Source of the DNA: Kudoa neothunni
Lineage: Eukaryota > Animalia > Cnidaria
NCBI GenBank assembly: GCA_964304625.1
Contig: OZ199838.1
Location: 11,371,608-11,435,607, forward strand
Direction of reading: 5' to 3'
DNA: 64,000 bases
A model generated the notes under the pieces. That model worked only from the letters and a program-made list of their open reading frames with translations. It was not told the origin of the DNA and did not search any database. A program made the translations under genes and the position numbers. Below, piece after piece: positions 26,432-40,121 of this stretch. Each line of letters begins with the position of its first letter. Position 1 is the stretch's first letter.

Positions 26432-26951
26432 AAAATTTTTCTATAAAATTATTTTCGATTGCTGTTTTTGAAAAATTTACTATATCTAGCTTATAAAAAC
26501 ACTTAAACCAAAAATTTCTGTGGATTTACCGAGGTTGATTAATTTTTTGAGTTTAAAACGATTTAAAATCCCAACGACGTGCATAAGCTCAGTTTTACAA
26601 GCGTGTTGTCTGGATTAAGTCGATCATAACAAATTAAAGTAACCGTTATAACCGTACTTCGCTTTGGCTGAGCTCGTTTCTCATCGCTAACCCTTTGAAT
26701 AAATTAAGCATTAATTTTTTAAATAATTTACAATTTAGAGCCTGAATTTTTACTACTGCAGAATAAAATTTAAGCGTTTATGTATACAAAATTATAATAA
26801 CTCTGAATTTCGATGATAGCTAATGCCATAATTTCGTAAAATACCAAAACATAAATGTATGATGCATGTTATTAGCATATTTTAGCATAATTTGAAATAT
26901 CGTATATCGTCGTTTACCAACAAAACAAAAATACAAAACTTTATCAAAAAA

Positions 26952-28929
26952 ATGGAAGATTATTCACTTTCAAAGCCGAAAAAGTGCGTTAATTATTATT
27001 TCAAAAAACACTCCTATTGTGTATTAATTTCCACTATTAGAAATGGATTCATTTATCAACGTGAACTACAGAATGCGGTAACACAAATGTCAAATCATTT
27101 CTCTCATATTCAACTTCGCTTGAATCAAATTTTATCTGCTCAGCCAGATAAAAAACAGGTACTTCTCTGCACATCATTATACACTACATGATCTTTAGAA
27201 ATTACTGGAGGATTTGGAGAAATTTACAACTGACGGCTTAACGACGGTTACGAAAATTCCAAAATCGCATGTAACAATATGTTTAGATACCGATCGAAGC
27301 AACTGAAGGAAACAAGAAGTTCAACTCTTACAATTCTATGACTAATGTAACAACTAAGAGCTATCTAGTTGAGGTAATTGAAAATATTCTGTATTTAATT
27401 ACACTGGATCTACAGAGTTCCGAGGAAACCGCGGATATGATATCTACCAACGATTCGAAACAAACACTTTCAGTTACCACACATAAAATAACGACCTCTC
27501 AAGTAAATTATTATTGTACGTTCCGCGTTTAAAAATTTATTTAGTGTAATATATGAACATAAAAAAATTAATAATCTGATATTTTAACAAAAATAGATTA
27601 CTTTGAACAGATTTCTCACAAAGAAATTTCCGAATTCCAAGATATTTTAACAGTAACCACGGTTAAATATTAAATCCATACAGATTTTTTCAGGGTATAG
27701 GTTTTAAAACAGGTCCGAAAACAGCACTACATATAAAGAAGGGTTTGAATATATTTTTGAGAGCAGTCAAGTTCGCTCAATTGAATAAGTTAACTGTATG
27801 AACTAATAATATTTAGCGAAATATTTTGTAAAACTACTGACAAACAAGAACCGGATTCCGTTAAACCCTTAGATTCAAAGATTCCGCATAACGGCGATAA
27901 TTCTATCTTCCGGTATGTATATATCTGATTTAATTCTTATTTAGATATTTGTTTATGTAATCATTAGTTGCCTAATAATTCAACTTGAATACGCAATGGC
28001 AAATCTTATAGTGTATGAGCGTAAAAAGCGGCTCACAAAGGAGCAACACACAGAATTGGTTCAAGATCTCACAATATATAAATCAAATAATCAAACGAAT
28101 CATTTATTATCGAAAAAATTAGAGAAAAATAAAGTTCAGATTTTCCATTGAACACCTAAAATCTAACAAAAATATATCCTACTTAGGCAACGATCGATAA
28201 AAAAATTAATGAATTAATCGGGAAAAATTTTATTCCTTTATTATATTCCTTGTTTCAATTGGGGATCAAAAGAAAAGCAAGTTTGAATTATTTTCATAAT
28301 TAATCTATTTTTTAGGTTGAAACTAATCTTAAATTTTATTATAAAATTTCGCCATGGGCACTAATAGTTAATTTCACCGTAAGATTTTTTTATAAGCCTC
28401 GTTATATATAAATCAAAATTTATTCTATATTATACTTGTTGTTTCAAAATTGTTAATATAACTTAATTCAGCTATTAATATCCCAAAAACAATCGTTAGC
28501 TAATAAATATTCTGAAGAAAACCCATTAACAAACTGGCACGCTATCGGAAGTATTCCTTCTCAATTATTTGCAAAGGTAACTTCATTATAATACTCCATA
28601 ACTATTTAAGTTTAATGAGTTTTTAGGATATTCTACAAACGGTCGAATGCATTTCTGCCAGAAAAACAACCTCCTATCATCATTTCACTCAATTTATTCA
28701 TATTGCGTTAAGAAGTAATGTACTTTCTGTTTGGTTGGAAGAGATGTTTAATACAAAACCGTTCGTCGACCGTTTCCTTACTACCGAATTTAAAAATTAT
28801 ACTCAAGGTACTTTTGGCGATTTGAGCCGTTTCAGCACATTTATTCTTAGAGCTGTGTGAACTAATCAAGCACCTCGACGTATTTGGTGTATGTTGACAT
28901 GCCAGTTTCTTGATTATAGAAATTATAAT
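26952..28929 (+). CDS. Multi-exon protein with a C-terminal RUN-domain-like region
   Basis: Short GT-AG-bounded exons join in frame. The C-terminal part reads FIPLLYSLFQLGIKRK|VETNLKFYYKISPWALIVNFT|...HFTQFIHIALRSNVLSVWLEEMF...ELCELIKHLDVF, resembling RUN blocks (L..IF.HGLK, W..., F..FI..AL....L..WL). Middle exons and the final exon are uncertain. Confidence 0.62.
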
Positions 28930-31900
28930 TCGCTGGATTCGGTATACTAATAAAAAGACGAATTATTATCTTATATTTGTTCGGACCTATTTTATACTTT
29001 TTGTTTCCTTCCTACTCTATTAATTAATATATCAAATGTTCAAACATTTTAATAATTTTTAACTTTTTCAACCTGTATAATAACATAAATGAATAGAACT
29101 ATTGAAAATATGATTTATCAATTCAAGATCAGTGTCTATAATTTATGTTTTATATTAGAATAGTATTGAAAGTTGGCCTACAAGTTAAATAATTAGTTTT
29201 AATTTTAAAAAAATATAATTATTATTTTTAATCACGTGGATTTGTTTTAATCTAATGAAATACTTTTTACGGAATTTTAGCTTTCGAAAGTGAGTACTAA
29301 AATATTTCCCATTGAGGATTAGACATTTTTAACTAAAAGAGCGTCTTCTTTTATTAATGGAATTTATTTATTTTGTTAAAATTAATAATTTATATTTATA
29401 ATTTTTTACGGTGTTCTTTACTTCGCTTACCCTTATAAACTATCTAATATGCTTAATTGTCCCTGGATGAAGAGGGATTTTACACGACCCTATTTTTGTA
29501 ACGAAAAACTCGGATTTATATCACTGAATTTATTTTATGTCTTATATGTTATTCATGGTTTTTATAAATGAAACTTTGCGCAAAATATTATAAGACGCTT
29601 GTGAAAAAAGTGATAATGCTTATAAATCTCCGTCGTTTCTTATAAATATTATTGTTTCATAGAAAAACTTTTTATTTTACAGAAATATCGAAAAAGTCAT
29701 AATAATAAATATATTCATACAAAAATATATAAAAATGTTATGATTGTGAGTTTGATCTTCCGTAAAATTATTAAGAAGCTGTAAAAGGTAATTTTAGCTA
29801 TTAAAAATTTGTTGTTTTAAATATAAGGAATAAAAAAAGTTTGCCGTTCATTCTTAAAAATTTAATTTAAGCATAAAAATACATTTAGTAATGTCAACTA
29901 TTAAGTCAATAACAAAAAAACTCATAAAACAACACAGTTAATGCCCATTTTTTAAAATAATATTTCCATACATTCGTGCAACCTTGACTCACTCTCGTAA
30001 AAATGCAAATAACAGATAAATATTTTACCAAATAATGAAATTTAAATACTATCGATATACATTTAAGGACATATTTGAATTTAAATCCCCTTTTCAAGTT
30101 ACACATTTTCATTACCCCATGTTTTCTGAAATGACTCTAAACACAGGAACGTTGCTTTATATAATTTTAATGTAATTAAAATCTTGAAAAAACTCATATA
30201 TTTATGTTACGTTTCAAAAAATTTTGTGACTAATATCAAACCAAGGATACATACGGAATTAAAATTGCTTATAATAAATATTCCTAATCATCTAAATTGT
30301 ACCATACTGTAAAAATAGTAAAATTAAAGAATTGTATGTTATTAATCATTTCAGAAATACGAATTATGCTTATCTTTTTTATTTCTATTTCTTAATCCTG
30401 AAATAATAAATAATTTAAGGAAAAATATGACATACCTTGCTCCCCTTACGCACGCGTGTATGGAAACGTGTCTACGATGAGTGTTAGTGTAGATTTATGG
30501 TTGGCGATTAACCACCTACAATGAATCTGATTTCATTTTTTTAGTGGAGGATTGGAATTGGTGTTTGACAACCAAAAACACTTTGACTTTAACCTCGAAA
30601 ATAAACACATCTGTAGATTCGTTTTGTGGCCTGAATATAAACTTTCATAGGGACTATAAAAAAGCTGATTGAGTTCATGGTTGAAAACCTTCGACTCACT
30701 AAAGATAAAGAATTTTTCGTGCAAGATGGTACCGTGTAGGTTTTCAGATACCAAATTGTATCAAAATGATAACCACTTTTGATCTCTTTTAGTACCCCCT
30801 GGAATATTGGTTTTGGTCAATGAAACTGACTGGGAACTCTTGGTATAGCCATAATGATTGCTATTATCGTTCTATTTGAATGAAACCTATGTTTTTGTTG
30901 TTTAGGGAAGAGAACACTATGAATTAAAACCTTCCGATAAAATTACATTTATTTCGACATTGCATGGAGGTTAATAGAATTATTTTTGCATAATATGATT
31001 CTACTAACATCATATATTTATTTTATTCATGCTTGTTCCTCATTGCTCGTCAAATCTATTTACTAGCATATTAAATTTCCTAATTTTTTGTCAAATTTAT
31101 ATTTTAAATTAAAATATAGTTTATAGACTCTTACTTTATTATAATTTTTTATTTGGCCTTGATAACGAAAAATTGTAAGGGGGGATTATATTACCGAGAA
31201 CTAATATTTATTGCTCTGTGCATGCGCCAAACAACACTATGAAAATTAAAGTTACAGCAAATTTTTCACCTACTACTAATCCGGAAAACAAAATTTTATG
31301 ATCTGAATAGTGTATAAAATGATATATTCAAAAACTCACTAATACATAATTTTCAACAAAATATGGCCATTGACTACAAATTCAACCCTCAAATTTGTTC
31401 ATGCATTTTTCACTCATATTTTAGCATTTTAATCACCATAACTCCTATCTCCAGTTTACATATATAGCTCGCATTTAAATGTATGCTAAACCAAATTCAA
31501 AACTGTATGAAAATGAGTGATTTATTTTTATAATGTATGTTTTATAAAAAAAATATTACAAGTTATAATAACCTATCAATATACATCTCTAATTTTTCCT
31601 CTACACTTATTTGAAAATAATTATAACTTTAACGTAAAATGTATTTCTTCTAAACTTACGTTAAGTTGTTAACATATTCGTAACGTGTGTTTAAACATGC
31701 GGTGCCACATAATACTCCGAAGAAATAAACATCCCAAACCAAACATATTCTGCATTTAAAATCTGTGGAAGTTAACTTTAGTACAAAAATTCGAAAATTA
31801 ATTTTAATAAATGACTCATCCTTCCATAATAGATTTTTGAAATCAAACATAATTACGATAAGTTATTCCGTACTCCAGAATGGCAAATGTTAAGTCAAAA

Positions 31901-32295
31901 CGCTCGAAACAAATTACTTATTTTTCATTGTATGCGCCGAATTATAATAGTATGTTGAAAGCTTATTAAATATTTTAACCACACAAGTTCCCCATTATTC
32001 TGACATTTTTCACTAATAGATACATTTTACTACCACCTGCAAAGATTTAAATACATTAATGTACCTTTAATCCGACAAGTTAAAAAAGTATTGAAATTAG
32101 AGATTATAGTATCTTAGGAGCAAGTTGAATGTAAACATCAAATTATAGTTAACTATGATAATTTTTCTTGAGAGATAAATCTTAAAAGAGTTATTCAACT
32201 TATGCGAGATGCGAGATAAAAACAATTCGAAAATAAACTAGACAGAGAAAATCGTAGTTAAAATGTAGTATCTAACAATGTTGCCGCTGCAACGG

Positions 32296-35200
32296 TTACC
32301 CGTCAGGAGCACCTTCCGCGACAGTAACAGAGAAGCTGTATTCTTGGTCGCATCCCAGATAACTATCACTGATGAGATAGAGACAAATGTCGAATTGACC
32401 AGCTTCTTTCAAAGAAAACTCAAGATTAACAGACATGGATTTCTGAATGGAAATTTTTTTGATGCTCAAGAGTCTAAACAAAACACAATAATTATAAGAG
32501 TGATAAGATATGCAAAGAGGTAGTTGTTACTCATTTGTTTTAGCGTTTCCTATTACCAACCACCAGCCTTCTTGCTTCTGGAAGGGTAAATAGGAAGACA
32601 ACACGGTTGTGTTTTGGTCTTCATCTCTGTCTAATCTAATTTGGATGGGAATAGGTTGGTTAGCAAAAAATTGCTCCTCTGGTAATGTTTGCAGCTCATA
32701 AGACACTTCCACACTTGGATATTGATTACAAAATCTAGCCACGTCCATCATTTGTGCATTGGACAAACTGTCCCAAAAGCTGAGTTCTATCCGCATCATC
32801 CATGTCAAGGAGATCGAAAATATTTTCAATTCCTTTTTCTCGACATCTATCGACCAGATGTTTTTCGAAATGGGGCAACTGTAAAAGCACAGAATCTTTG
32901 CTCCATAAAGCTTGAGTTATCATTTGACAAAATTCCATTGCACAAATAGCTGGTAGCAACCAACCATTACTGCTAATAACATCAACACATGATTGAGCAA
33001 GTTTGAGTGATTTGGTGATTATCTTCTGAACATCATTGAACAATTCGTTGGTGATAGGGTTTCTGGAGAGGTATTCTTGAAGTAGAACATTGACTTTCAC
33101 GTGAGGATCGTTGAATTTGCTCCCGGAGGCTATTCTAAATGGGATTCGATTGGACACTTTTCTCAAATGTATTTCTTCTTTATGACGTAGTGGAATCTCA
33201 TCGAATTCGATTGCCGATGAGATAATTTCTAAAAGACCTCTCTGTTTGGTGTTAACAGTTAACGACGCGCTAAACAGCTCAATCGAGAAATAGTTGATGT
33301 AATAATAAACAGCAATCATGCCCAAGTTCATTGCTATAGTGTCCATATCATCTTCGATCACAATACATTTGGATTCGGCCAAATTGTTCAGTGTGTCTTC
33401 AACCAACTGGAAAGATGATCCGACAAATATCGATGGGTTACTCCTTGAAGTCCATAATAGTTGGGGTTCTGTGTCATTCGACGATACATGAATGTCCACG
33501 TGAGATAGTCGACAGCATCCTGTTTATTTTCAATCGTTTTTGTGACAACCTCAGCGCAAAAATGGTCATGCAAACAATGGTCCAAATGTGACTCGATGGG
33601 CAGCGGTTCTGAGAGGAATTTTCTGAAGAAATCTCGTTTCGACGATTGACATAGGATAGTTAATTTTCCAATGTCATCAATCAACGGTCGTGCAGCACGC
33701 CCCATCATCTTCAATATATCAGTGATAGGATAGTCGGAATAGCCATGCAGCTTTCCATCGTAGAACTGGGTGTCCATGACAATGACATGTTGGCTTTGGC
33801 AGGTGAGTACCCAGCACAATGCTCGCGTAGCAACCACTGTATGAATTACTCCCATGGTAAGTAAATCTTGTATAATTCATGATATCCCTGGTGAGCATAG
33901 TTTCATGAAGATAAGCAACTCCACTCAATCACATCTTTCACAAGTTGATCATTTAAATGAGTGCAAGCTTCTTGAAGGTCTTCAATTTTGATATCGGATT
34001 TTAAATAGGTCGCTTCTGCTGCAGCCGTCGGTTGCCGATCAACAGGTGAAGATCATAAGCTAATGATATAGCCTCGGTTCTAGTGGATACAAAAACTATG
34101 GTGCTTGCTCCATTTTTCCCGATGTTATTTGAGTTGACTGTTAATGGGCACACAGATTGAACAATTGGTTGAAGCATAGCAATACGTCTTGCCGTGGCAT
34201 TAGCCATAGAAAATCCTTGTATATTAAGCTGAAGAGGAATTGGACGTGAGTTGGGGTGGAAGTTGAAGCAATTACTCATCGATATACCAAGCCATTGAGC
34301 AACTTCTTTAGCATTCGACACCGACGAACTAATCACCATCAAACGAATTTTCTTCTCCAGTTGCGACGCCATGTATCTGGTTCTCGATAACGAAACTTCA
34401 ATGGTTGGTCCATTCGGACCACCAATCATATGGGTGTCATCTGAGATCATCAACGATATTGCTTGAACATTCTTGCGTTGTTTCCAACGACGAGAAACCG
34501 CATCCCACGACTCGGATGTAGTCACAATAATAGAGCCACTTGCAATAGATTTTATATCTGATGCTGGATCTCCACACAATAGCACCACACCAATGCCAAT
34601 CTCACCTTCGTATTTTCGTTTTCCATTCATTATAAATCTAAACACAAATCATCAATTAACGAAAAAAATGAGAGATTTACGTATTCTGCTTGGTCGCGTG
34701 ATGGAGTCATATAGACGCACTTTTCATTTGACATTTTGGCAATAAATCTCATAAGAGCCAATTCTGCAACAGTGGTTTTTCCGCTGCCAGGAGGAGCTCC
34801 CAAAAACACACATTCGTCACTGTTGTAAACAGTATTGAACACTTGGGTTTGAATTGGATTGAAGGTGTTGGTGAAGGAGAACAACTTTTCAAACAATGGA
34901 TTACGAAGGGAGACTATAGGAAGTGGTTGTAAGTCCAATAATTCGGTGGATGGAGGATTCCTCTCAGGGAGAATGAGATGGGTAAACGAGATGGGCAGTA
35001 CAGTTTCTGCATGAAGCCACCTATCGGAAATCACCTTCACAAAGTAATGTGGTGAAACCGGTTCAAACAACGGCACATAGAACTTCAACAAATGACCCTC
35101 ATCAGCATATTTGCTTTTGAGGAAGAAATATTCATGATAAAGAATTTTCTCCGAATCCACATCCAGAACCATCAACCAAAATGGTTCCATAAATCCATGC

Positions 35201-38200
35201 ATAGTTTCATCCCAATCAAAGTCGGGTGTAACAGTGAGTTCAACTTTTAGTGTGGAACGAGAGACTGGTAGTACTTGAGCTGATAGTTCAAGTTTGGGGA
35301 AATGGTGAATGAATTTGTGAAGTAGTTTTCCGATTTTAGGTGCATGAATAAGTTCACCGATTTCAGCCGGTTCCAAATCATAAAATCTTTCCCATGGAAA
35401 ATCTTTTTTCTCAATTTTCTTCACAATCTCAATTGGCAACTTTTTAAACTGTCTTAACGGACTCATCGATAACCACATCCGTTTGTCGACCATTTTGCAT
35501 AAGTCGAGGGATTTTTCAGCCAAATGAGCCCATCCTCTGAAGAGACTCACTTCAAAGATGGCTCTAAACAGACGACCAGCTGATTGAGTCACATAACACA
35601 TGTCTGCCATCAAAGCAAATCCATCCAATCTCAGCTGAGATATGTATGCTTGCAGAAGAACGTTGACTTTGGCGCTAGGTTCATCGATACTTTCTTTCAC
35701 TGGAATAGGGACACGTTCCAACAACTGTTGCAGTTCAACCTTTTCCTCCTCTCTTACACCAATATTATGGAACTCATTCGACAATGAAAACACACGGAAC
35801 AACTCAATTTCACTGAGTTGAGGACGAAGTAGTTTGTTGTAGGTGGCTATACTGTTATAGTTGCAATAATAGTGACTGGCAATTCGACCGAGCTCAGTTG
35901 ATTGAAACGCTCCAGTTTTTCGGTCGTAACCAATCAATGAATGTCTATCAAGGATCACTGCAGCCGAATGAATCAAATCAAGTCGACGTTGTTTGAAGAG
36001 TGGATCCATTTTAAGTTCGGTCAAAGAGCTGCCATACAACAAAGGATTTTTCATCATTCTTATGTATAGGTAGGTGTTGCCCAACCAGTTCGATGCATCT
36101 TCAATATTACGAATTGTGCCAGCTACAATTTCTGCGTTCAAATTGTCTGGCAATTTTTCAATCATTTGACTTTCAACCGGAAGTTGTTGATTCAATAATG
36201 AAAGATAGTATTGAAGTTGATTGTGGGTGGTGATAAGAATACCCTCACCAACAGTATCATATTGAGGACGACCAGCCCTACCCAACATCTGTAATACATC
36301 CAACGAACCCAATTCGGTCCATTTGCCTTTCTCCGGTGAATACACTTGAGTGCCTTTGATGATCACAGTATGGGCGGGAAGATTAACACCCCACGCAAGT
36401 GTTGCTGTAGATACCAAAATTTGAATGTGTCCATCAGCAAACAAATCTTCAACAAGTGCTCGATCGATTTTATTCATACCAGCATGATGTACAGCAAATC
36501 CAAATGGTAAAAGATCTTTCAGGTTGGCATTCTTGGTTTCTTCAGATTCACTACGTAACACTTCTGACGATGCACTGCCATCGATAATAAATTCGCCCAA
36601 TGTTTCTCTCTCCAAACACATATCTCGAAGTGCTTTAGCTGTATTTACTGTCTCCTTACGAGAGTGAACAAATATCAATATTTGGCTTTTACCAGCTCGC
36701 TCCATCACCTTCTCGTAAACAATTTCGTTGGAAAGTTGGAATCGTTTGAGAGCTTTTTTCTCGGTCAACCCTATGAATTGTTGTTGTAGGGGAACGGGTC
36801 GATACGAGTTATCAAAGTAGAACAATCCCTTCGATGGATCTACTCGAATAAAATTAGCCACATCGTGATAGTTGGGAAGAGTGGCACTTAGGCCAACTAT
36901 ACGAATAGCTTGTTGCATTGATTCGCTGTGTCGAAAAACACGAGCAATCAACGATTCCAGTACCGGTCCCCTTGTGTCGTGTAACAAATGGATCTCATCA
37001 ATTATAATAAGTGACACATGACGAACAAATTCTTTTTCGGCAGACTTTCTACTGATAATATCCCATTTTTCTGGAGTACAAACAATCACATGACTTTGTT
37101 CAATCTCCGATCGTTGCAATTGATGATCACCAGTCATCTCAGAAACAACCAGACCATAACTGCTAAGACGTTTAGAAAAATTGAGAACCATTTCTTGAAC
37201 TAATGATTTCATTGGTGCAATATAAATGATTTTAAATTGATCTTGACGGCCAGTTGCGTTGATAACTTTACCACTCGAACTATCCCAGTATTGTCCAATC
37301 TCACGTAACATTGTGAGCAAAGCGACATTAGTTTTACCAGCACCAGTTGGTGCACATATGAGTAGATTTTCGGGTGAATTCAAAGCAACATCACAAATTT
37401 TACTTTGAATTCGATTCAACGTTTGATAACCGGTAAAAGCTTGACTGCAATGATTGGGAAGTGATTTGACAGACACCAATCGCTCTTCACTATCAACAAC
37501 CGATGCCTTCGAAAATGGAACATGAACCTCTTCGTAGCCTTTTTTCTGTTTACGAAATGATCCAGTAGGTAGAAGACACTTTTTGTTGGTCATCAAATGA
37601 GAACCTTCTTTAAACGCCAAACTTTCCAGATCGATAAGATGACGTTTATTTGCCGCATTGTCTACAAGCAAGTGATCTCCATCGAATGCTTCATTAGCTC
37701 TGGAACGTCGCTCTGCAGCTTTACGTTCGCGTTCCTCTTTTAACACTTGATCAGTCTCGTTACCGATATTGAGACGATCCAATATAGAAATAAGCTCTTC
37801 TTTTTGCATCATAATTTTCTCAATTTCTTTTCTGTCGTTATCGCTTTGAGCTGCTGCCAACAATGTACAGTATAGGACAACATTTTTGTTTTTACGAATT
37901 ATTTTGATCAATGAAAATTTATCATGGCCCAACAACAACATCAATCGATTTTCCAAATCTCTATCATCAGTTGACGTTTTCAATGCAATTAAAACCTCTT
38001 CCGCTTTAGAATGACTGATCTCGGCATTGTTATAAAATCTGTTCAATTCTCTCTGCAACCAGTACGCATCTATCTCCCACACATTCAATGAATCGGACTC
38101 AGTTTTGGTTAATAGCTCGTTTGCTATGTTGGTCTGAATAACATTTTCAGTTGCGCGTTCTCTTCTCGAAGTAGGTTTTGCTTGCACACTGTTAACCTTC

Positions 38201-39116
38201 GATGAACCGATAACACTACTGATTCCAGATGCAAATGTGGTGGTAGCGTTTCCGGATTCAACTGTTTTCTTAGTAACACCATCCGCCGCATCTTTGTCAT
38301 GATCACTATAACCTTCAGCTTTATCATCATCGCTGTGGTGCTCCTCTTCCATATCACATAAAGCAACTTGAGATTGTGGCTTTTCGTATTGATAATCACC
38401 GCCCATATTGTCGGTTTGTTGCTCTTCCTCATCGTCATCCAAACGAACTGTCACACCATAATTGTTGGCAACCATCTCATCATCCATATTGATATCAATT
38501 TCGACGTCATAATCGGTGAGTTTTTTCGACAACCCAACCAGCATCGCATAACGATTGTCGGCAAATTGACCAATAAGAGAAGTGATCTCTTTACGTTTAT
38601 CACTATCTTTAGTGGTCTCATCTTTAAGAATTGATAAAATTTCATCAGCTGCACCTCTAAGAATATCTCTTGGTTGATCACCCAGAGTGGTTTGAATAAA
38701 ATTCAAAAGAACATCGTAAGTGCGTTTGGTTTCTGTAGTCTTGGGTCGATACACCACACCAACCATGTCATCATAAAAGTCGTCATTTATCTTGGACTTT
38801 TTATTGGTTGAGCCCATAGTTGATCTGTCTGCATCATCCGTCAATAAAATATCGTCTTGATCCCTTTTTTCTGGTTTTTTCAACTCAGAAACATTGGTTC
38901 TTTGATATCGATCTCCCATACGAGCATTATCCAAACGTCCAACAAGAGATTGTACCTCTCCTGTTGGTTCATCCTTGTAACGCTTGTCCATGAGAGAACG
39001 GTCAGCTTGAATGACCAAATTTGAATTCTATTACACATTAATTGACAATAAATCCACAAAAAACCACTCACTATTCGATATTCATACTGCTGCTTCTTGG
39101 CACTTTCCGACGCCAT
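32296..39116 (-). CDS. SNRNP200: U5 snRNP 200-kDa helicase Brr2 (two Ski2-like helicase/Sec63 cassettes)
   Basis: Exons 39116-39072, 39027-34681, 34637-32531 and 32473-32296, with introns of 44, 43 and 57 nt. Diagnostic QYEYRI|[37 protein letters not shown], second cassette APPGSGKT...[11 protein letters not shown], and C-terminal [13 protein letters not shown]. Exon 3 needs about 6 frame corrections. Confidence 0.97.
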
Positions 39117-39329
39117 TCTACCCTTTTTAGCTGATGCGTGCGCGTTATATAACTTGGGTTCCCCATATAATACTGCAAACTTAAATGATTTATTATGAAA
39201 TTCTTTTTAATTTTGACTATTTTTTTAGATTAATAGAAAAATTAATTAGGTTAAATTTATTAATTTTAATTCAAACTAAGTTAAAACGCAGTGTGTATTG
39301 GCCCGTTTGGGGGACAATATACACTGCCA

Positions 39330-40046
39330 AGTTAAAAATATGATGGGTCACGTGTGTGATCCTATGTGGAGCCGCTGGTTCGTAATTTGCTTAGGCACCT
39401 GAAATAATAAATTTTTGGGATAAGTTTGCCAAAATAATTCTCGTGTGCTTTGATATGCATATAAACTACTTACGACTCTTTATTTGAATTAAAATATTTA
39501 CAGTCCAATCCAAATATTGTTTGATTGTTAAATATAGTAGTGGATATGGAGTTTTTTTCATAATTTCTTGGTTTTACAAATATGTTTTACAGACAAATAA
39601 ACTAAATGAAAAGTGTTCGATTTAATACATTTTGAGGATTGAATAGAAAAAGGCAGAATAACAAGGTTTCACCCGAATTCATCTAATGCGGTGCAGCCTA
39701 GGACTTCGACCATAATCCTTTCTGGAAGTGTGTTTGAACTCGGAATAATTTTTTCCTGTGCATAATAATGAAAATTGGTTTAATTTGTTCCCGCGCATCA
39801 AATAAATTACTATTTTTATTCTTGTTTATGAAAAACGTGAATACCTTGTTTATAAATATAAATGTAAAAATGAAATATTAAATATAATAGTAAAAGTGAA
39901 ATAAAGTATAATATTTTTTGGTTGTCATACGATAGATCATAAAGGGTTCTCTTTCGATGACAACCGCACGATTTGATTGACCGATTCTTCTTCTAGAAAT
40001 ACTTTTCTTTTCTGTTTTTGCTCCAACTGGATTTGTCCTCAATACC
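39330..40046 (-). CDS. Probable exons of an unidentified gene upstream of Brr2
   Basis: GC-richer, AG/GT-flanked open segments, e.g. VLRTNPVGAKTEKKSISRRRIGQSNRAVVIEREPFMIY (~40046-39930) and ~39755-39672. No family recognised and no complete model. Confidence 0.3.
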
Positions 40047-40121
40047 CTTTATATATGTGTTTGGATTTGAAAGTGTTTCTGAGTCAAAATTTTTGGTCGA
40101 ACTCCGAGGTTGCAATGTACA

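Noticed and set aside
30480-30900. GC-richer patch that might be a retroelement or gene fragment
   Set aside because: No RT, integrase or other motif is recognisable in any frame, and I saw no second copy.
32740-34637. Programmed ribosomal frameshifting as the default explanation for the Brr2 breaks
   Set aside because: The sites share no slippery or stop motif and mix +1 and -1 changes. Similar indels occur in the METTL4 and DRAM-like genes, which points to sequence error.
32278-38681. Small ORFs overlapping Brr2 (32278, 32689, 33391, 34473, 35584, 37018, 38124, 38368, 38451)
   Set aside because: These are antisense or alternate-frame by-products of a GC-richer coding region, with no independent motifs.
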